Counted from the first letter of the stretch, positions 54,344-64,000 are shown. The stretch is DNA of 64,000 nt from an uncultured Acidobacteriota bacterium (GCA_963770895.1 CAVYRF010000002.1:2048001-2112000), one strand, 5' to 3'. Translations and numbers: made by a program. Notes: a model not told the origin generated them from the sequence alone.

Positions 54344-56803
54344 ATGCATCGACTAGCCGCCAAGTTCCACTCGCTGGGCGGGTCCGTGATCCAGGACCTG
54401 CGCTGGAGCGTGCGCACGCTGGCCAAGAACCGGGCGTTCACCGCCGTGACGGTGATCACACTGGCGCTTGGCATCGGCGCCAACACCGCGATCTTCAGCG
54501 TCGTGCATGCGGTGCTGTTGCAGGATCTGCCCTATCCGCACCCCGAAACGCTGGTGCGCATCATCGAGCACGACAAGAACAACGGCGACATGATGGCGGC
54601 GTATCCCGACTTTCTGGACTGGCGGCAGAGCCCGGCCCTGGCGGCGCTCGCGCCCTACCATTTTGACGATTACAACCTGACGGGCGTCGACCCGCCGGTG
54701 CGCCTGCGCGGGGTGCAGGTTTCGGCCGACTTCTTTGTCGCCACCGGCCTGGGCGCGGCGTTGGGGCGCACGTTCGGCGCCGCCGAGGACCGGGCGGGCG
54801 GCGCGCCGGTGGCGTTGCTGACGCGAGGCTGCTGGCGCTCGCGATTCGGCGCCGACCCGCAGGTGCTCGGCCGGTCGCTGGTGCTCAACAGCGTGAGCAC
54901 CACCGTGATCGGCGTCCTGCCGGCGGAATTCTGGCTGCCGCAGGCGGTGGACGTCGTGGTGCCCTTCGGCCCGGTCGTCGCCAGCTCCGCCGACTGGATG
55001 AAGCGCGGCGAGCACGACGGCTTGCGCGTCCTGGCGCGGCTGGCGCCCGGCGTGTCGCTGACGCAGGCACAGAGCAGCGTCACCGCCATCATGGCTCGCC
55101 TGGAACGCCAATACCCGCGCACCAACAGCGGCGAAACCGCCTACGTCAGGACTTTCCACGAAACGGTGGTGCGGGACGTGCGCCCCATCTTGTACGTGCT
55201 GCTGGCGGCGGTCGGCTTCGTGCTGCTGACCGCTTGTGCCAACGTCGCCAACCTGCTGCTGGCTCGCGCCGCCGAGCGGCAAAAGGAGATGGCGGTGCGG
55301 GCCGCGCTGGGATCGGGCCGGCGACGCCTGGTGCAGCAGGCGCTGTGCGAAAGCGCGGTGCTGTCGGCGCTCGGCGGCGGCCTCGGCCTGGCGGTGGCCG
55401 CGGCGGCGATGCGGCCGCTGCTGGCCCTGGCGCCGGCCGACATTCCGCGCCTGCACGACGCGCAGCTCAACCTGGGCGTGCTGGCCTTCGTCACCGCCGT
55501 GTCGCTCGTCGCCGGGCTGCTCTTCGGCCTGGTGCCGGCGCTCGACGCTTCGCGGCCGGAAGTGGTGGCCAGCCTCAAGCAGGCGACGCGCGGCGCCAGC
55601 GCCGGGCGCGGCGGGGCGCGGTTGCGCAACGGCGTGCTGGTGACGGAAGTGGCCCTGGCGCTCGTCCTGGCGACCGGCGCCGGCCTGATGATCCGCAGCA
55701 TCGTGCGGGTACAGCAGGAGCCGCCGGGATTCCGCCCCGACCACGTGCTGACCTTCGGCGTCCGCCTGCCGGACGGCCGCTACCCGCATCCCGAGCAGCA
55801 GGCGCGCTTCTTCGCCCAGGCCCTGGAGCGCCTGGCAGCGGTGCCGGGCGTGCGGTCGGCAGCCACCGTGCGCTGTCCGCCGATGGCCGGGGACTGCTGG
55901 GATTCGGGCTACACCCTGGGGGACCGCCCGGTGCCGCCGCCGGCCGAGATGCTCGACTTCGACTCCAACATGGTAAGCGCCGACTACTTCCAGACCATGG
56001 GCATCCCACTCATCGCCGGGCGCGTCTTCACCCGGCTGGACGACCTCAAGTCGCCGCCGGTGGTGGTGATCAACCAGACGCTGGCGCGCCGGATGTGGCC
56101 TCACGGCAACCCGATCGGCCAGCGCCTCAAGCAGGGACTGCCCGGTGAACCGGACCCCTGGCGCGAGATCGTCGGCGTGGTCGGCGACGTCCGGCGCGCC
56201 GGGCCCGACGCCAAGCAGGCCATGGAGGTGTTCATGCCGATCGCCCAGCACGGTTTCTGGCAGGGGCAGGCCAGCTTCGTGGTGCGCACGGCGGCGGCGC
56301 CGATGAGCGCCGTCAAGGCGGTCGCGTCGGCCATCGCCCAGGTCGATCGCGATCAGCCGCTGGAGGACGTGCAGCCGATCACGCAATACATGAGCGAGTC
56401 GCTGGCGCGGCGCAACTTCGCGACCCTGCTGCTCGGCCTGTTCGGCGCCATCGCCCTGGCTCTCGCCACCGTCGGCACCTACGGCGTCATGGCGTACGGG
56501 GTCAGCCTGCGGCGGCGCGAAATGGGCATCCGCATGGCGCTCGGAGCCCAGCGCGGCGACATCCTGCGCCTGGTGGTGGGCCAGGGGCTCGGCCTGGCCG
56601 GGCTCGGCATCGCCGCCGGCCTGGCGGGGTCGTTCGCCTTGACCCGCTTCGTGTCCAAGCTGCTGTTCGGCATCTCCGCCACCGACCCGGTGACCTTCCT
56701 CACCGCGGCGCTGCTGGTGTGCGCCGTCGCCGGATTGGCCAGCTTCGTGCCGGCGCGCCGCGCCACCGAAGGAGACCCCGCCGCGGCGCTGTTCGTGGAA
56801 TGA
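54344..56803 (+). CDS. ADOP-type duplicated MacB/FtsX permease
   Basis: QDLRWSVRTL, LALGIGANTAIFS, ACANVANLLLAR, REMGIRMALGAQ; no ATPase gene adjacent. Confidence 0.92.
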   Translation: MHRLAAKFHSLGGSVIQDLRWSVRTLAKNRAFTAVTVITLALGIGANTAIFSVVHAVLLQDLPYPHPETLVRIIEHDKNNGDMMAAYPDFLDWRQSPALAALAPYHFDDYNLTGVDPPVRLRGVQVSADFFVATGLGAALGRTFGAAEDRAGGAPVALLTRGCWRSRFGADPQVLGRSLVLNSVSTTVIGVLPAEFWLPQAVDVVVPFGPVVASSADWMKRGEHDGLRVLARLAPGVSLTQAQSSVTAIMARLERQYPRTNSGETAYVRTFHETVVRDVRPILYVLLAAVGFVLLTACANVANLLLARAAERQKEMAVRAALGSGRRRLVQQALCESAVLSALGGGLGLAVAAAAMRPLLALAPADIPRLHDAQLNLGVLAFVTAVSLVAGLLFGLVPALDASRPEVVASLKQATRGASAGRGGARLRNGVLVTEVALALVLATGAGLMIRSIVRVQQEPPGFRPDHVLTFGVRLPDGRYPHPEQQARFFAQALERLAAVPGVRSAATVRCPPMAGDCWDSGYTLGDRPVPPPAEMLDFDSNMVSADYFQTMGIPLIAGRVFTRLDDLKSPPVVVINQTLARRMWPHGNPIGQRLKQGLPGEPDPWREIVGVVGDVRRAGPDAKQAMEVFMPIAQHGFWQGQASFVVRTAAAPMSAVKAVASAIAQVDRDQPLEDVQPITQYMSESLARRNFATLLLGLFGAIALALATVGTYGVMAYGVSLRRREMGIRMALGAQRGDILRLVVGQGLGLAGLGIAAGLAGSFALTRFVSKLLFGISATDPVTFLTAALLVCAVAGLASFVPARRATEGDPAAALFVE

Positions 56804-56831
56804 GCGACGCGCCGCCGGCGGCCGGCGCGGC

Positions 56832-58382
56832 TCAGCGCGCCGCCGGCGGGTCCTGTGCGGCGCCCGTGTCTGTTGCCGGTGCTGTGAGGGCGAGCCGGCT
56901 GTGGCGCCGGCCGTAGCCGAAGTAGATCGCCAGGCCGAGGGCGAGCCAGCCGACCAGGCGCAGCCAGTTGACGGCGGGCAGCGAGAACATCAGCAGCAGG
57001 CAGCTGCCGATGCCGCACAGCGGCACCAGCGGCATCAGGGGCACGCGAAAGGGGCGGGCGGCCCGCGGGTGGGTGCGGCGCATGACCAGCACGGCGCCGC
57101 AGACCAGCACGAAGGCGAGCAGCGTCCCCATGTTGACCAGCAGCAGCAGGATGTCAATCGGCAGGAAGGCGGCCAGCAGGGCGACGAAGGCGCCGGTGGC
57201 GAGGGTCGATTTCCACGGCGTGCCGAAGCGCGGATGCACGGCGGCGAAGAAGCGTCTGGGAAGCAGCCCGTCGCGCGCGATGGCGAGCAGGATGCGCGTC
57301 TGGCCGAGCATGGTCACCAGCAGCACCGAGGTGATGCCGGCGATGCCCGCCAGGGCGATGACGAACTGCGCCCAGCGCAGGCCGACGCGGCGGAAGGCGT
57401 CGGCGACGGGCGCGCTGACGTCGAGCTGCGCGTAGGGGACCATGCCGGTCAAGACCGCCACCACGGCGATGTACAGCGCCGTGCAGATCAGCAGCGAGGC
57501 CAGGATGGCGATCGGCACGTCGCGCTGCGGCCGCCGCGCCTCCTCGGCCTGCGTCGCGACCGAATCGAAGCCGATGTAGGCAAAAAAGGCGAGCGCCGCG
57601 CCGGCCAGCATGCCGACCGGCTGGCCGGCGGCGTCGGTGCGTCCAGCCAGGGTGTGGCCGAAGAAATTGATGCCGGTCAAGCCGAACGGCGCGAACGGAT
57701 GCCAGTTGGCGGTCTTGACGTAGAAGGCGCCCACGGCGACGACGAACAGCACCGCCGTCACCTTGATCGCCACCAGGACGGAATTCAGGCCGGCGCTCTC
57801 GCGGATGCCGGCGACCAGGACGGCGGTGATCACGATGACGATGGCGAACGCGGGGAGGTTGATCAGCGCGTGCGCCGGCGTCATCGCGCCGGGGACGCCG
57901 GGGGCGCCGGGCGGTCCGCCGCCGATCGCCGGCCCGCGCAGCGCCGCCGGCAGCGCCAGGCCGAAGATGCCGAGCACGTTCTGAAAGTACCCCGACCAGC
58001 CGGTGGCGACGGTGGCGGCGCTGACCGCGTATTCGAGCGTCAGGTCCCAGCCGATGATCCAGGCGAACAGCTCGCCCAGCGTGGCGTAGGCGTAGGTGTA
58101 GGCCGATCCGGCGACCGGCACCATGCCGGCGAACTCGCAGTAGCACAGGGCGGCGAACAGGCAGGCCAGCCCGGCGACCACGTAGGAGAGCATCAGCGCG
58201 GGGCCGGTCGTCTGGCGCGCGATGGCGCCGGTGGTGACGAAGATGCCGGCGCCGATCACCGCGCCGATGCCCAGGCTGGTGAGCTGGACCGGTCCCAGCA
58301 CGCGGCGCAGGCGACCCTCCTCCTGCTGCGCATCGGACAACAGCTGGGCCAGCGGCTTGACGGCAAACAGGGATCCGGCCAT
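56832..58382 (-). CDS. APC-family amino acid permease
   Basis: GIGAVIGAGIF, PVAGSAYTY, GWDLTLEY, FFAYIGFD, RPFRVP. Confidence 0.93.
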   Translation of the reverse strand: MAGSLFAVKPLAQLLSDAQQEEGRLRRVLGPVQLTSLGIGAVIGAGIFVTTGAIARQTTGPALMLSYVVAGLACLFAALCYCEFAGMVPVAGSAYTYAYATLGELFAWIIGWDLTLEYAVSAATVATGWSGYFQNVLGIFGLALPAALRGPAIGGGPPGAPGVPGAMTPAHALINLPAFAIVIVITAVLVAGIRESAGLNSVLVAIKVTAVLFVVAVGAFYVKTANWHPFAPFGLTGINFFGHTLAGRTDAAGQPVGMLAGAALAFFAYIGFDSVATQAEEARRPQRDVPIAILASLLICTALYIAVVAVLTGMVPYAQLDVSAPVADAFRRVGLRWAQFVIALAGIAGITSVLLVTMLGQTRILLAIARDGLLPRRFFAAVHPRFGTPWKSTLATGAFVALLAAFLPIDILLLLVNMGTLLAFVLVCGAVLVMRRTHPRAARPFRVPLMPLVPLCGIGSCLLLMFSLPAVNWLRLVGWLALGLAIYFGYGRRHSRLALTAPATDTGAAQDPPAAR

Positions 58383-58488
58383 GGCGCCTCCTCCTCGGTG
58401 CGGCGCCGCGCCGGCGGCGGCCGCGTACGCTGCCGTCAGCGTAGAAAGGACGCGGGGGGAGGATCTATGCCGGGGCCTCCGGCCACCT

Positions 58489-59607
58489 TCAGCTGGGCGC
58501 GCGGGGTGCCCGGAGGTGGGGTAGCGCGTGTCCCACCGACAGGCGATCGCTCAGCCGGTAGGCGTGGTGCGCGGTGACGATGGCGGCCGGATCCTTGAGG
58601 CGCGAGCGCAGGGTGTGGATGTGGCGGGCGGCGGCGTTGGTCACCTCGGCCCGGCCGGCGCCGGGCGGCGCCACCCGCGCCCCGACGTCCAGCACGTCCA
58701 GGCCGGGGCCGCCCGCCAGGCGGTCCGCGACCAGGGCGCTCCAGGTGAGCGTTTCGTGGTTGCCCGCCCGCAGCGCCACGCGTCGGCGCGGCGCCTCGCG
58801 CTCCGCCAGGCCGCTGCCGCCCAGCTCGACCAGGCCGTCGCCCTGGTCCCAGATCAGCAGGTCCAGCTCTGCCTCGACCTCGCCGCGCTCGCCGTCGCAG
58901 CGCGCCACCCGCAGCTCGCCCGCGTCGCGTCCGGGCGCTGCCAGGCGCAGGACCAGCGGAAAGGCGCGATCCAGGAAGCTGGTGAGCAGCGGCACCGCCG
59001 CGCGCACGATCTCCGCCTTGTCGATCACCTCGCGCGGATCGAAGCCGGCGTCCAGCAGATCGCGGCCAAAGGTGGCTTCATAGCCGCGCTTGTTGGAGAC
59101 AAAACGGCAGGTGGGCAGCCGCTCGGCGAACATGCCGCGCACCGTGCTGGCAAGGTAGATCGATTCCCACCAGCGGTCGGCCGGAATGAAGGACAGCGTT
59201 GCCAGCTGGATGTCCTGCAAAAGCAGGCCGCCCGGCCGCAGGGCCGCGGCCACCACCTGGCAGAGGCGGTGGGCGCTGGCGAACGCGGCTGCCGGCAGCG
59301 GCCGCACGCGGGGGCCGGCGCCCGCGCCTGCTCCGTCTCCGGCGTCGCGCGCCGGCGCGTCGTCACGCTCCTTGTCCTGGCCGTCGTCGAGCGCCGCGAC
59401 CACCTGCAGGCCGGGGCAGGCCGCCAGCCACTCCGCCACGGTGCGGCGGGTGTCGGGGCCGGGGCGATCCAGGCAGACGACGGTCAGCTGGGCGTAGATG
59501 TCGGGGGTGCCGCCCAGCCGCTCCAGCAATTCCGTCATGTGGTACAAATGATCTTCCATCACCACGAGCGGTCGCCGCGCAAACCCTGCCTCCAGGACCC
59601 AGGCCAT
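58489..59607 (-). CDS. Atypical response-regulator-like protein (REC-like start, insert, winged-helix end)
   Basis: LVVMEDH and VVCLDRPGPD resemble REC strands 1 and 3. C-terminal RHIHTLRSRL...IVT...AYRL resembles the OmpR wHTH. Confidence 0.55.
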   Translation of the reverse strand: MAWVLEAGFARRPLVVMEDHLYHMTELLERLGGTPDIYAQLTVVCLDRPGPDTRRTVAEWLAACPGLQVVAALDDGQDKERDDAPARDAGDGAGAGAGPRVRPLPAAAFASAHRLCQVVAAALRPGGLLLQDIQLATLSFIPADRWWESIYLASTVRGMFAERLPTCRFVSNKRGYEATFGRDLLDAGFDPREVIDKAEIVRAAVPLLTSFLDRAFPLVLRLAAPGRDAGELRVARCDGERGEVEAELDLLIWDQGDGLVELGGSGLAEREAPRRRVALRAGNHETLTWSALVADRLAGGPGLDVLDVGARVAPPGAGRAEVTNAAARHIHTLRSRLKDPAAIVTAHHAYRLSDRLSVGHALPHLRAPRAPS

Positions 59608-62206
59608 GGGACGATCTTACCGGCTGTCCGGCCCGCCCGCCGACGATCCGGCGCCGCGGCGCCACCCTCGCGAACCCCGCGGGCATCGCGGCGGCGGCCG
59701 CCCCGCGCCCAGGTTGCTGTACCTGGGCATCGTCCTGGTCGTGGCGGTGGCCGCCGTGGCGGTGCTGTCGGTGCGCCGTGAATGGCTGCGGCAGATCGGC
59801 CAGAGCCGCGGCCAGGCGATCTTCGAGCTGGTCCAGGACACGGTGCCCAGCCGGCCGACCGCAACCCCCGGCGTCGTCGCCTGGCTGCACGTCGAGCTCA
59901 AGCGCTACAGCAGCCATCTTGCCGATCCGGCCAAGGCGCGGCTGTACAGCGACGTGACCGACTGGCACGACGATCAGAGCCTGCCGGCGTTTCTGGGCGG
60001 CCTGCGCGCGGCGCTCCTGCTGCCGCCGCCGCGGCCGGCAGCGGCCGACGTGCCGCGGCCGCTCACCGGCGCCGAGCTGGCGGCGCCGGGGACAGGAGCA
60101 GCGGCGGACGGCGCCGCCATGCGGGTGCAGCGCTGGGTCGCGCTGCGCGACCGCTGGTTCGCGGTGACGCGCCGCCGCACGCTGGACGCGGCCGATCCCG
60201 GCGACCTGTCGCTCCCGTCCAACCGCTTTCTGCTGTTCGCCACCCACCATCTGCTGGCGGTAGCCGGCGCCCTGCGCGAGACGCTGGCGCGGCGGCCGCT
60301 GCCGGCGGTCCCCGGCGACCGACCGCCGCGGCTGGTGCGGATCTACGCCGTGTCCGAAGACGGCACCCTGGTGTCGGCGCCGCTGGCGGGCGATCCGGCG
60401 GACGCCGCGGCGCGGCGGGGTGCGGCGCTGGCGGAAGGGCGCGAGTTCCGCAAGCTGCCCGAGCTGCCCAACTTCGTGCCCAACGAATTTGTCTTTCGCT
60501 TCGACCCCGCCGCGGCGCGGCCGCAGGTCTACTACTCCGGCCTCTACCCCGACCTGGGCGGCCAGGGGATCGTGGCGACGTTGATGGTGCCGGTGCGCGA
60601 CGCCGCCACCGGCTACCAGGCGGTGGTCGCCCTGGACCTGGCCTTCGACATCGACTGGCAGGACCTTGCCGCCCACATCGAGCCGCCGATGAGCGCCGAG
60701 GTGGTGCGGCTGGGCGAGCCGGCGGGCGCCGCCTGGCAGCCGTGGAGCGCCATGGCGGCGCGCGGACCCGCCGGTGCCGCCGCCGACCTGCGCGCCGCCG
60801 TCGCCGCCCTGGCCGCCGCCGAGGCCCGCACCGGCCGGCCGATCAATCCGTTCTACCTGTACCACGGCACCGTCGAGGGGCGCGGCGCGGTGGCGGCGCT
60901 GCAGGTCACCGCCACCACCTGGCTGGTGACGCTCTTTCCCGCCACGCGCTCCGGCTTCGCGCTGCTGCCCGCGGCGCTGCTCGCCGTGCTGGTGGTGCTG
61001 CTGCTGGCCGCCTTCGACGCCAGCCGGCGGCGCACCGAACGCGCGCAGCACGAAGCCGAGCGCGCCCTGCAGGAGAAGCAGAACCTGCTCAACACCATGC
61101 AGGTGCCGCTGATGGTGGTCGATCCCAACACCGACGAGGTGATCTACGGCAACCAGGCCGCCGCCAACCTGGGCCTGACCAGCGGCACCCGCGCCGGCGA
61201 CCTGGTCAGCGACGACCCGCGGGCGCGCGACCACTACGCCCGCATGCAGTCCGCCGAACGGGGATCGCGCCGCGCCTACGGCGTGCCGCTCACCGTGCGC
61301 GGGCCGGCGGGCGTCGCCGAAACCCGCTACGCCATCGTGCGCTCCGTCGCGGTCACCGCCCCGATCGAGGCGCTGCACGCCGACGAGCGCCACCGCCTGG
61401 GCGTGCTGTTCCTGCTCGAGCCCGAAGCCGACCTGGCGCTCTACAGCGGCAACCTCGAAGCGAGCACGCGGGCCGACGAACGCCGGCGCCTGGCCGGCCT
61501 GCTCGCCCACGGCGTCGACACCCTGGCGCGCGTCCTGGCCCACTGCCTGGCCGCCGAGACGTCCCCGGACGGCTCCCAGGCGGCTTTCAACCGCTGGCTC
61601 GCCGCCTACCTGGAACGCCGCGTGCTGGCCACCTCCTGGCTGCTGGAGCATTGGGACGCCGAGCCGCCCCTGCCGCCCGACTGCTCCATCGAAGCTGCCC
61701 AGGCGCGCGCCACGATCGACAGCTTTCGCGCCATCTTCGCGCGCGTCCGCGCCGACCCGCGCCTGCGCTCGCGCCTGCATTGGGACAACGGCGTGCTCGC
61801 CAGCGCGCCGCCCGGCGCCGCCGAGGAGCTGCGAGTGCAGATCGACTGGCCCGATGCCTACTGGTTCGCCGCCCCGGTGCGCGGCGGCTTCGGCTTCTTC
61901 CTGGGCGAGGTGCTGATCAACGCCATCCGTCACGGCCGCCCTGGCAGCGTCCCGTACCTTTCCATCCAGCTGGACCCCGTGCGGCGCGAGCTTCACTTTG
62001 CCCTGGACAACGACCTGCCGGCCGCCGCCGCCGGCGCCCACACCGCCGAACGCCGCGGCGAAACCTACGGCGGCCGCCGCCTGCTGGAGCGCCTGGCCCA
62101 CCTCTGCGACTGGCAGGACCTCCGCTTTGAGCGCCACGCCGCTCACTTTCACGTCGCATGGCGCATTCCGGTCAGCGAACGCGGCGACCCGCGCGCCGCC
62201 GACTGA
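59606..62206 (+). CDS. Sensor histidine-kinase-like protein (TM, Cache-like, TM, PAS-like, degenerate kinase core)
   Basis: Two TMs, YYSGLYPDLGGQG Cache-like motif, VPLMVVD...YGNQAA PAS-like segment, ERRRLAGLLAH, EVLINAIRHG N-box. Start uncertain. Confidence 0.65.
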   Translation: MGRSYRLSGPPADDPAPRRHPREPRGHRGGGRPAPRLLYLGIVLVVAVAAVAVLSVRREWLRQIGQSRGQAIFELVQDTVPSRPTATPGVVAWLHVELKRYSSHLADPAKARLYSDVTDWHDDQSLPAFLGGLRAALLLPPPRPAAADVPRPLTGAELAAPGTGAAADGAAMRVQRWVALRDRWFAVTRRRTLDAADPGDLSLPSNRFLLFATHHLLAVAGALRETLARRPLPAVPGDRPPRLVRIYAVSEDGTLVSAPLAGDPADAAARRGAALAEGREFRKLPELPNFVPNEFVFRFDPAAARPQVYYSGLYPDLGGQGIVATLMVPVRDAATGYQAVVALDLAFDIDWQDLAAHIEPPMSAEVVRLGEPAGAAWQPWSAMAARGPAGAAADLRAAVAALAAAEARTGRPINPFYLYHGTVEGRGAVAALQVTATTWLVTLFPATRSGFALLPAALLAVLVVLLLAAFDASRRRTERAQHEAERALQEKQNLLNTMQVPLMVVDPNTDEVIYGNQAAANLGLTSGTRAGDLVSDDPRARDHYARMQSAERGSRRAYGVPLTVRGPAGVAETRYAIVRSVAVTAPIEALHADERHRLGVLFLLEPEADLALYSGNLEASTRADERRRLAGLLAHGVDTLARVLAHCLAAETSPDGSQAAFNRWLAAYLERRVLATSWLLEHWDAEPPLPPDCSIEAAQARATIDSFRAIFARVRADPRLRSRLHWDNGVLASAPPGAAEELRVQIDWPDAYWFAAPVRGGFGFFLGEVLINAIRHGRPGSVPYLSIQLDPVRRELHFALDNDLPAAAAGAHTAERRGETYGGRRLLERLAHLCDWQDLRFERHAAHFHVAWRIPVSERGDPRAAD

Positions 62207-62222
62207 TCCCCGGCGCCGCCGG

Positions 62223-62834
62223 TCAGGCGAGAGTCAGCGCCTGGAGCTTGGCGAGCGGCCCGTTCAGCAGGTCCAGGTCGACGGACCCGGTGATGCCGGA
62301 AACGACGCCGCTCTCCGATTGCTGCCAGATCAGCCAGCTGTCCCATCCCTGGGGCAGGGTGGGTTGGGCGACATCGTAGTCGGCGATCCACAACGGATAG
62401 GCGGCAAGGCTCGCGGGGATCTGGTTGGCGTCGGCGAAGACCGGATCGACGTACAGGAAGGGCGGCGCGCCGATGGCCGCCGCGACCGCTTGCAGCCAGG
62501 TTTCGACGCTCTCCCACAGAGCGGAGCAGCTGCTGCCGGGCATTTCGACGTCGAGGGTGGGCGGCAGGTCGCCGGCCGCCGGCTGCACGGTCTGCAGGAA
62601 GAATTCCGCCTGTGCGGTGGGGTCGTCGGCGGGTTCGAAGAAGTGGTACGCGCCGCGCAGCAGTCCCGCGGCCTTCATCGCCGGCCAGTTGGTGGCAAAT
62701 TGGGGGTCGGTCCAGGTGAGGCCGTCGGTCGCCTTGGCAAAGGCGAACGCGATGTCGGCCTGGTAGACCTCCGGCCAGCTCACCGTCCCCTGGTAGTGGC
62801 TGACGTCGATACCCTGGGCGTTGCCGTTGGACAT
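62223..62834 (-). CDS. GH25 muramidase (lysozyme)
   Basis: GIDVSHYQG, KATDG, GAYHFF, LDVE, LWIADY, WQ, VDLD; AGGAG RBS. Confidence 0.92.
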   Translation of the reverse strand: MSNGNAQGIDVSHYQGTVSWPEVYQADIAFAFAKATDGLTWTDPQFATNWPAMKAAGLLRGAYHFFEPADDPTAQAEFFLQTVQPAAGDLPPTLDVEMPGSSCSALWESVETWLQAVAAAIGAPPFLYVDPVFADANQIPASLAAYPLWIADYDVAQPTLPQGWDSWLIWQQSESGVVSGITGSVDLDLLNGPLAKLQALTLA

Positions 62835-62948
62835 CTCGCTCCTCTCTGCGGGGTCCGCGGGATCCCCGACACTTTCAGATGGTACGTCAATGATATCCCG
62901 CCGCCCGGCAGCGGCGCCCAGGCCGGGGGGGCTGGTGGGCTGGTTGGC

Positions 62949-63998
62949 TCAGAAGCGGGGTGAGAGGGTGATCAGCTTGAGCGCGAAGGCGAGCCAGGTG
63001 AGGTCCAGGAAGGCCAGGGCGAGGGCCAGCGAGGATGCCTTGGCCCACCAGCCGCGCGTGCCGTGGCGCCAGACTTCGACCAGGTCGAGCAGGGCGAGGG
63101 CGGCGCCGCCAGGGCCGGCTGCCAGGGCCAGGGCCTGCACCAGCCGCAGGCGGGGGTCGGCGGTGGCGTTGAGCAGCGAGCCGTCGGTTGCCAGCGCGCC
63201 CAGGAAGGCAATCCAGCCGGCGACCGCCGCCACGGCGACGACGGCTGCGACGCGCACCAGGCGGTGACGCCGCGCCGCCCGGCCCGCCAGCGGAAACGGC
63301 GCGCGGTAGTGCCGGCGCACCGCCGCAGCGATCGGCCACTGCGCTGCCGCCAGCGCCAGGACGGCGATCGAGCAGAGCAGGACGGTCATCTGGAAGGGCG
63401 CGTAGATCCCTGTCGCACGTTGATATTCGAAGATCGCCGGCGCGTCGTCGTTGAGCGCCGTCACCCGGTTGTGATCCATCTTGGCCATCAGCCGGGCGGT
63501 GCCGCCGACCTCTTGCCAGAGCAGGGGGCCGATCTCGCGCCAGCGCTTGACGGCCCCGCCGGCGGTGGTGAATTGATCGATCTGCAGGATGCCGCCGGCG
63601 CCGGCCCGCACGTGGATCTCCCCCAGCGCCGCGACCAGGCTGAGAAAGCTCGACTCGCCCCGCCGGGTGGACACGTAGGCGCCAGCCACCAGGGCGGCGT
63701 CGCGCTCGGCGCGGGCGGCTGGCAGCGCCGCCGGCTGGGGCGCCGCGGGCGCCGGGAAGTATCGGTCGGTGAACCGCTCAAACAGCAGGTGGCGCACCGT
63801 GCCGGCAGCGCCGTCGCGGCCGGTGCTGTTCATGGCGACGTACAGGCCCGCTCCTTCGCTCAGGAAGAGATGCAGGTCGGCATGGAACAGCGCCGTGTCG
63901 CCGCTGTGGCCGACGATCGCGCGCCCGTTGCGGTCCGCGCGATAAAACCCCAGGGCCATGCCCGGAAACGGCGCGTAGGGTTGGAAGGCGGTGGCATG
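62949..63998 (-). CDS. Beta-lactamase-like serine hydrolase with C-terminal TMs (5' end outside window)
   Basis: MALGF...VGHSGDT..FH triad region, then GAY...R domain and about 3-4 TMs. Confidence 0.7.
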   Translation of the reverse strand, partial: HATAFQPYAPFPGMALGFYRADRNGRAIVGHSGDTALFHADLHLFLSEGAGLYVAMNSTGRDGAAGTVRHLLFERFTDRYFPAPAAPQPAALPAARAERDAALVAGAYVSTRRGESSFLSLVAALGEIHVRAGAGGILQIDQFTTAGGAVKRWREIGPLLWQEVGGTARLMAKMDHNRVTALNDDAPAIFEYQRATGIYAPFQMTVLLCSIAVLALAAAQWPIAAAVRRHYRAPFPLAGRAARRHRLVRVAAVVAVAAVAGWIAFLGALATDGSLLNATADPRLRLVQALALAAGPGGAALALLDLVEVWRHGTRGWWAKASSLALALAFLDLTWLAFALKLITLSPRF

Positions 63999-64000
63999 CA

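Noticed and set aside
62223-62834. Prophage lysis module
   Set aside because: No holin, spanin, structural or integrase genes nearby.

Overview
Very GC-rich bacterial chromosomal DNA. The PadR plus duplicated orphan permease pair, the large TPR-CHAT protein and the Ala/Pro-padded proteins suggest Acidobacteriota, possibly Thermoanaerobaculia (inference). About 44 plausible CDSs and one tRNA are supported; most other ORF-track entries are GC-driven shadow ORFs. Positions 1-39 kb are mostly housekeeping: the rpoD 3' end, tRNA-Asn(GTT), acs, a PAS-GGDEF-EAL protein, pckA, a tricorn-type S41 protease, MscS, GDH, amrS, a complete Rrf2-sufBCDSUT operon, sodC, a diguanylate cyclase and an ArnT-like transferase. 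An accessory stretch lies between two ADOP permeases (about 42-53 kb). It holds (i) the strongest candidate, a graspetide-like RiPP locus: a 238-aa precursor with tandem TLKExxKDxxTD cores and a PFVLATPHH motif, in frame with an N-terminally incomplete MvdC/D-type ATP-grasp ligase and separated from it by a single TAG; (ii) a TPR-CHAT protease with a tightly coupled unknown partner; (iii) a GT-C-like membrane domain fused to a DxDD class II terpene-cyclase-like domain next to a UbiA prenyltransferase; and (iv) an orphan enediyne-type DUF1702 gene. Near 58.5-62 kb is an atypical divergent sensor-kinase/response-regulator-like pair. No CRISPR array, rRNA, transposase or integrase was seen. All family calls come from motif recognition by eye; no database searches were run.
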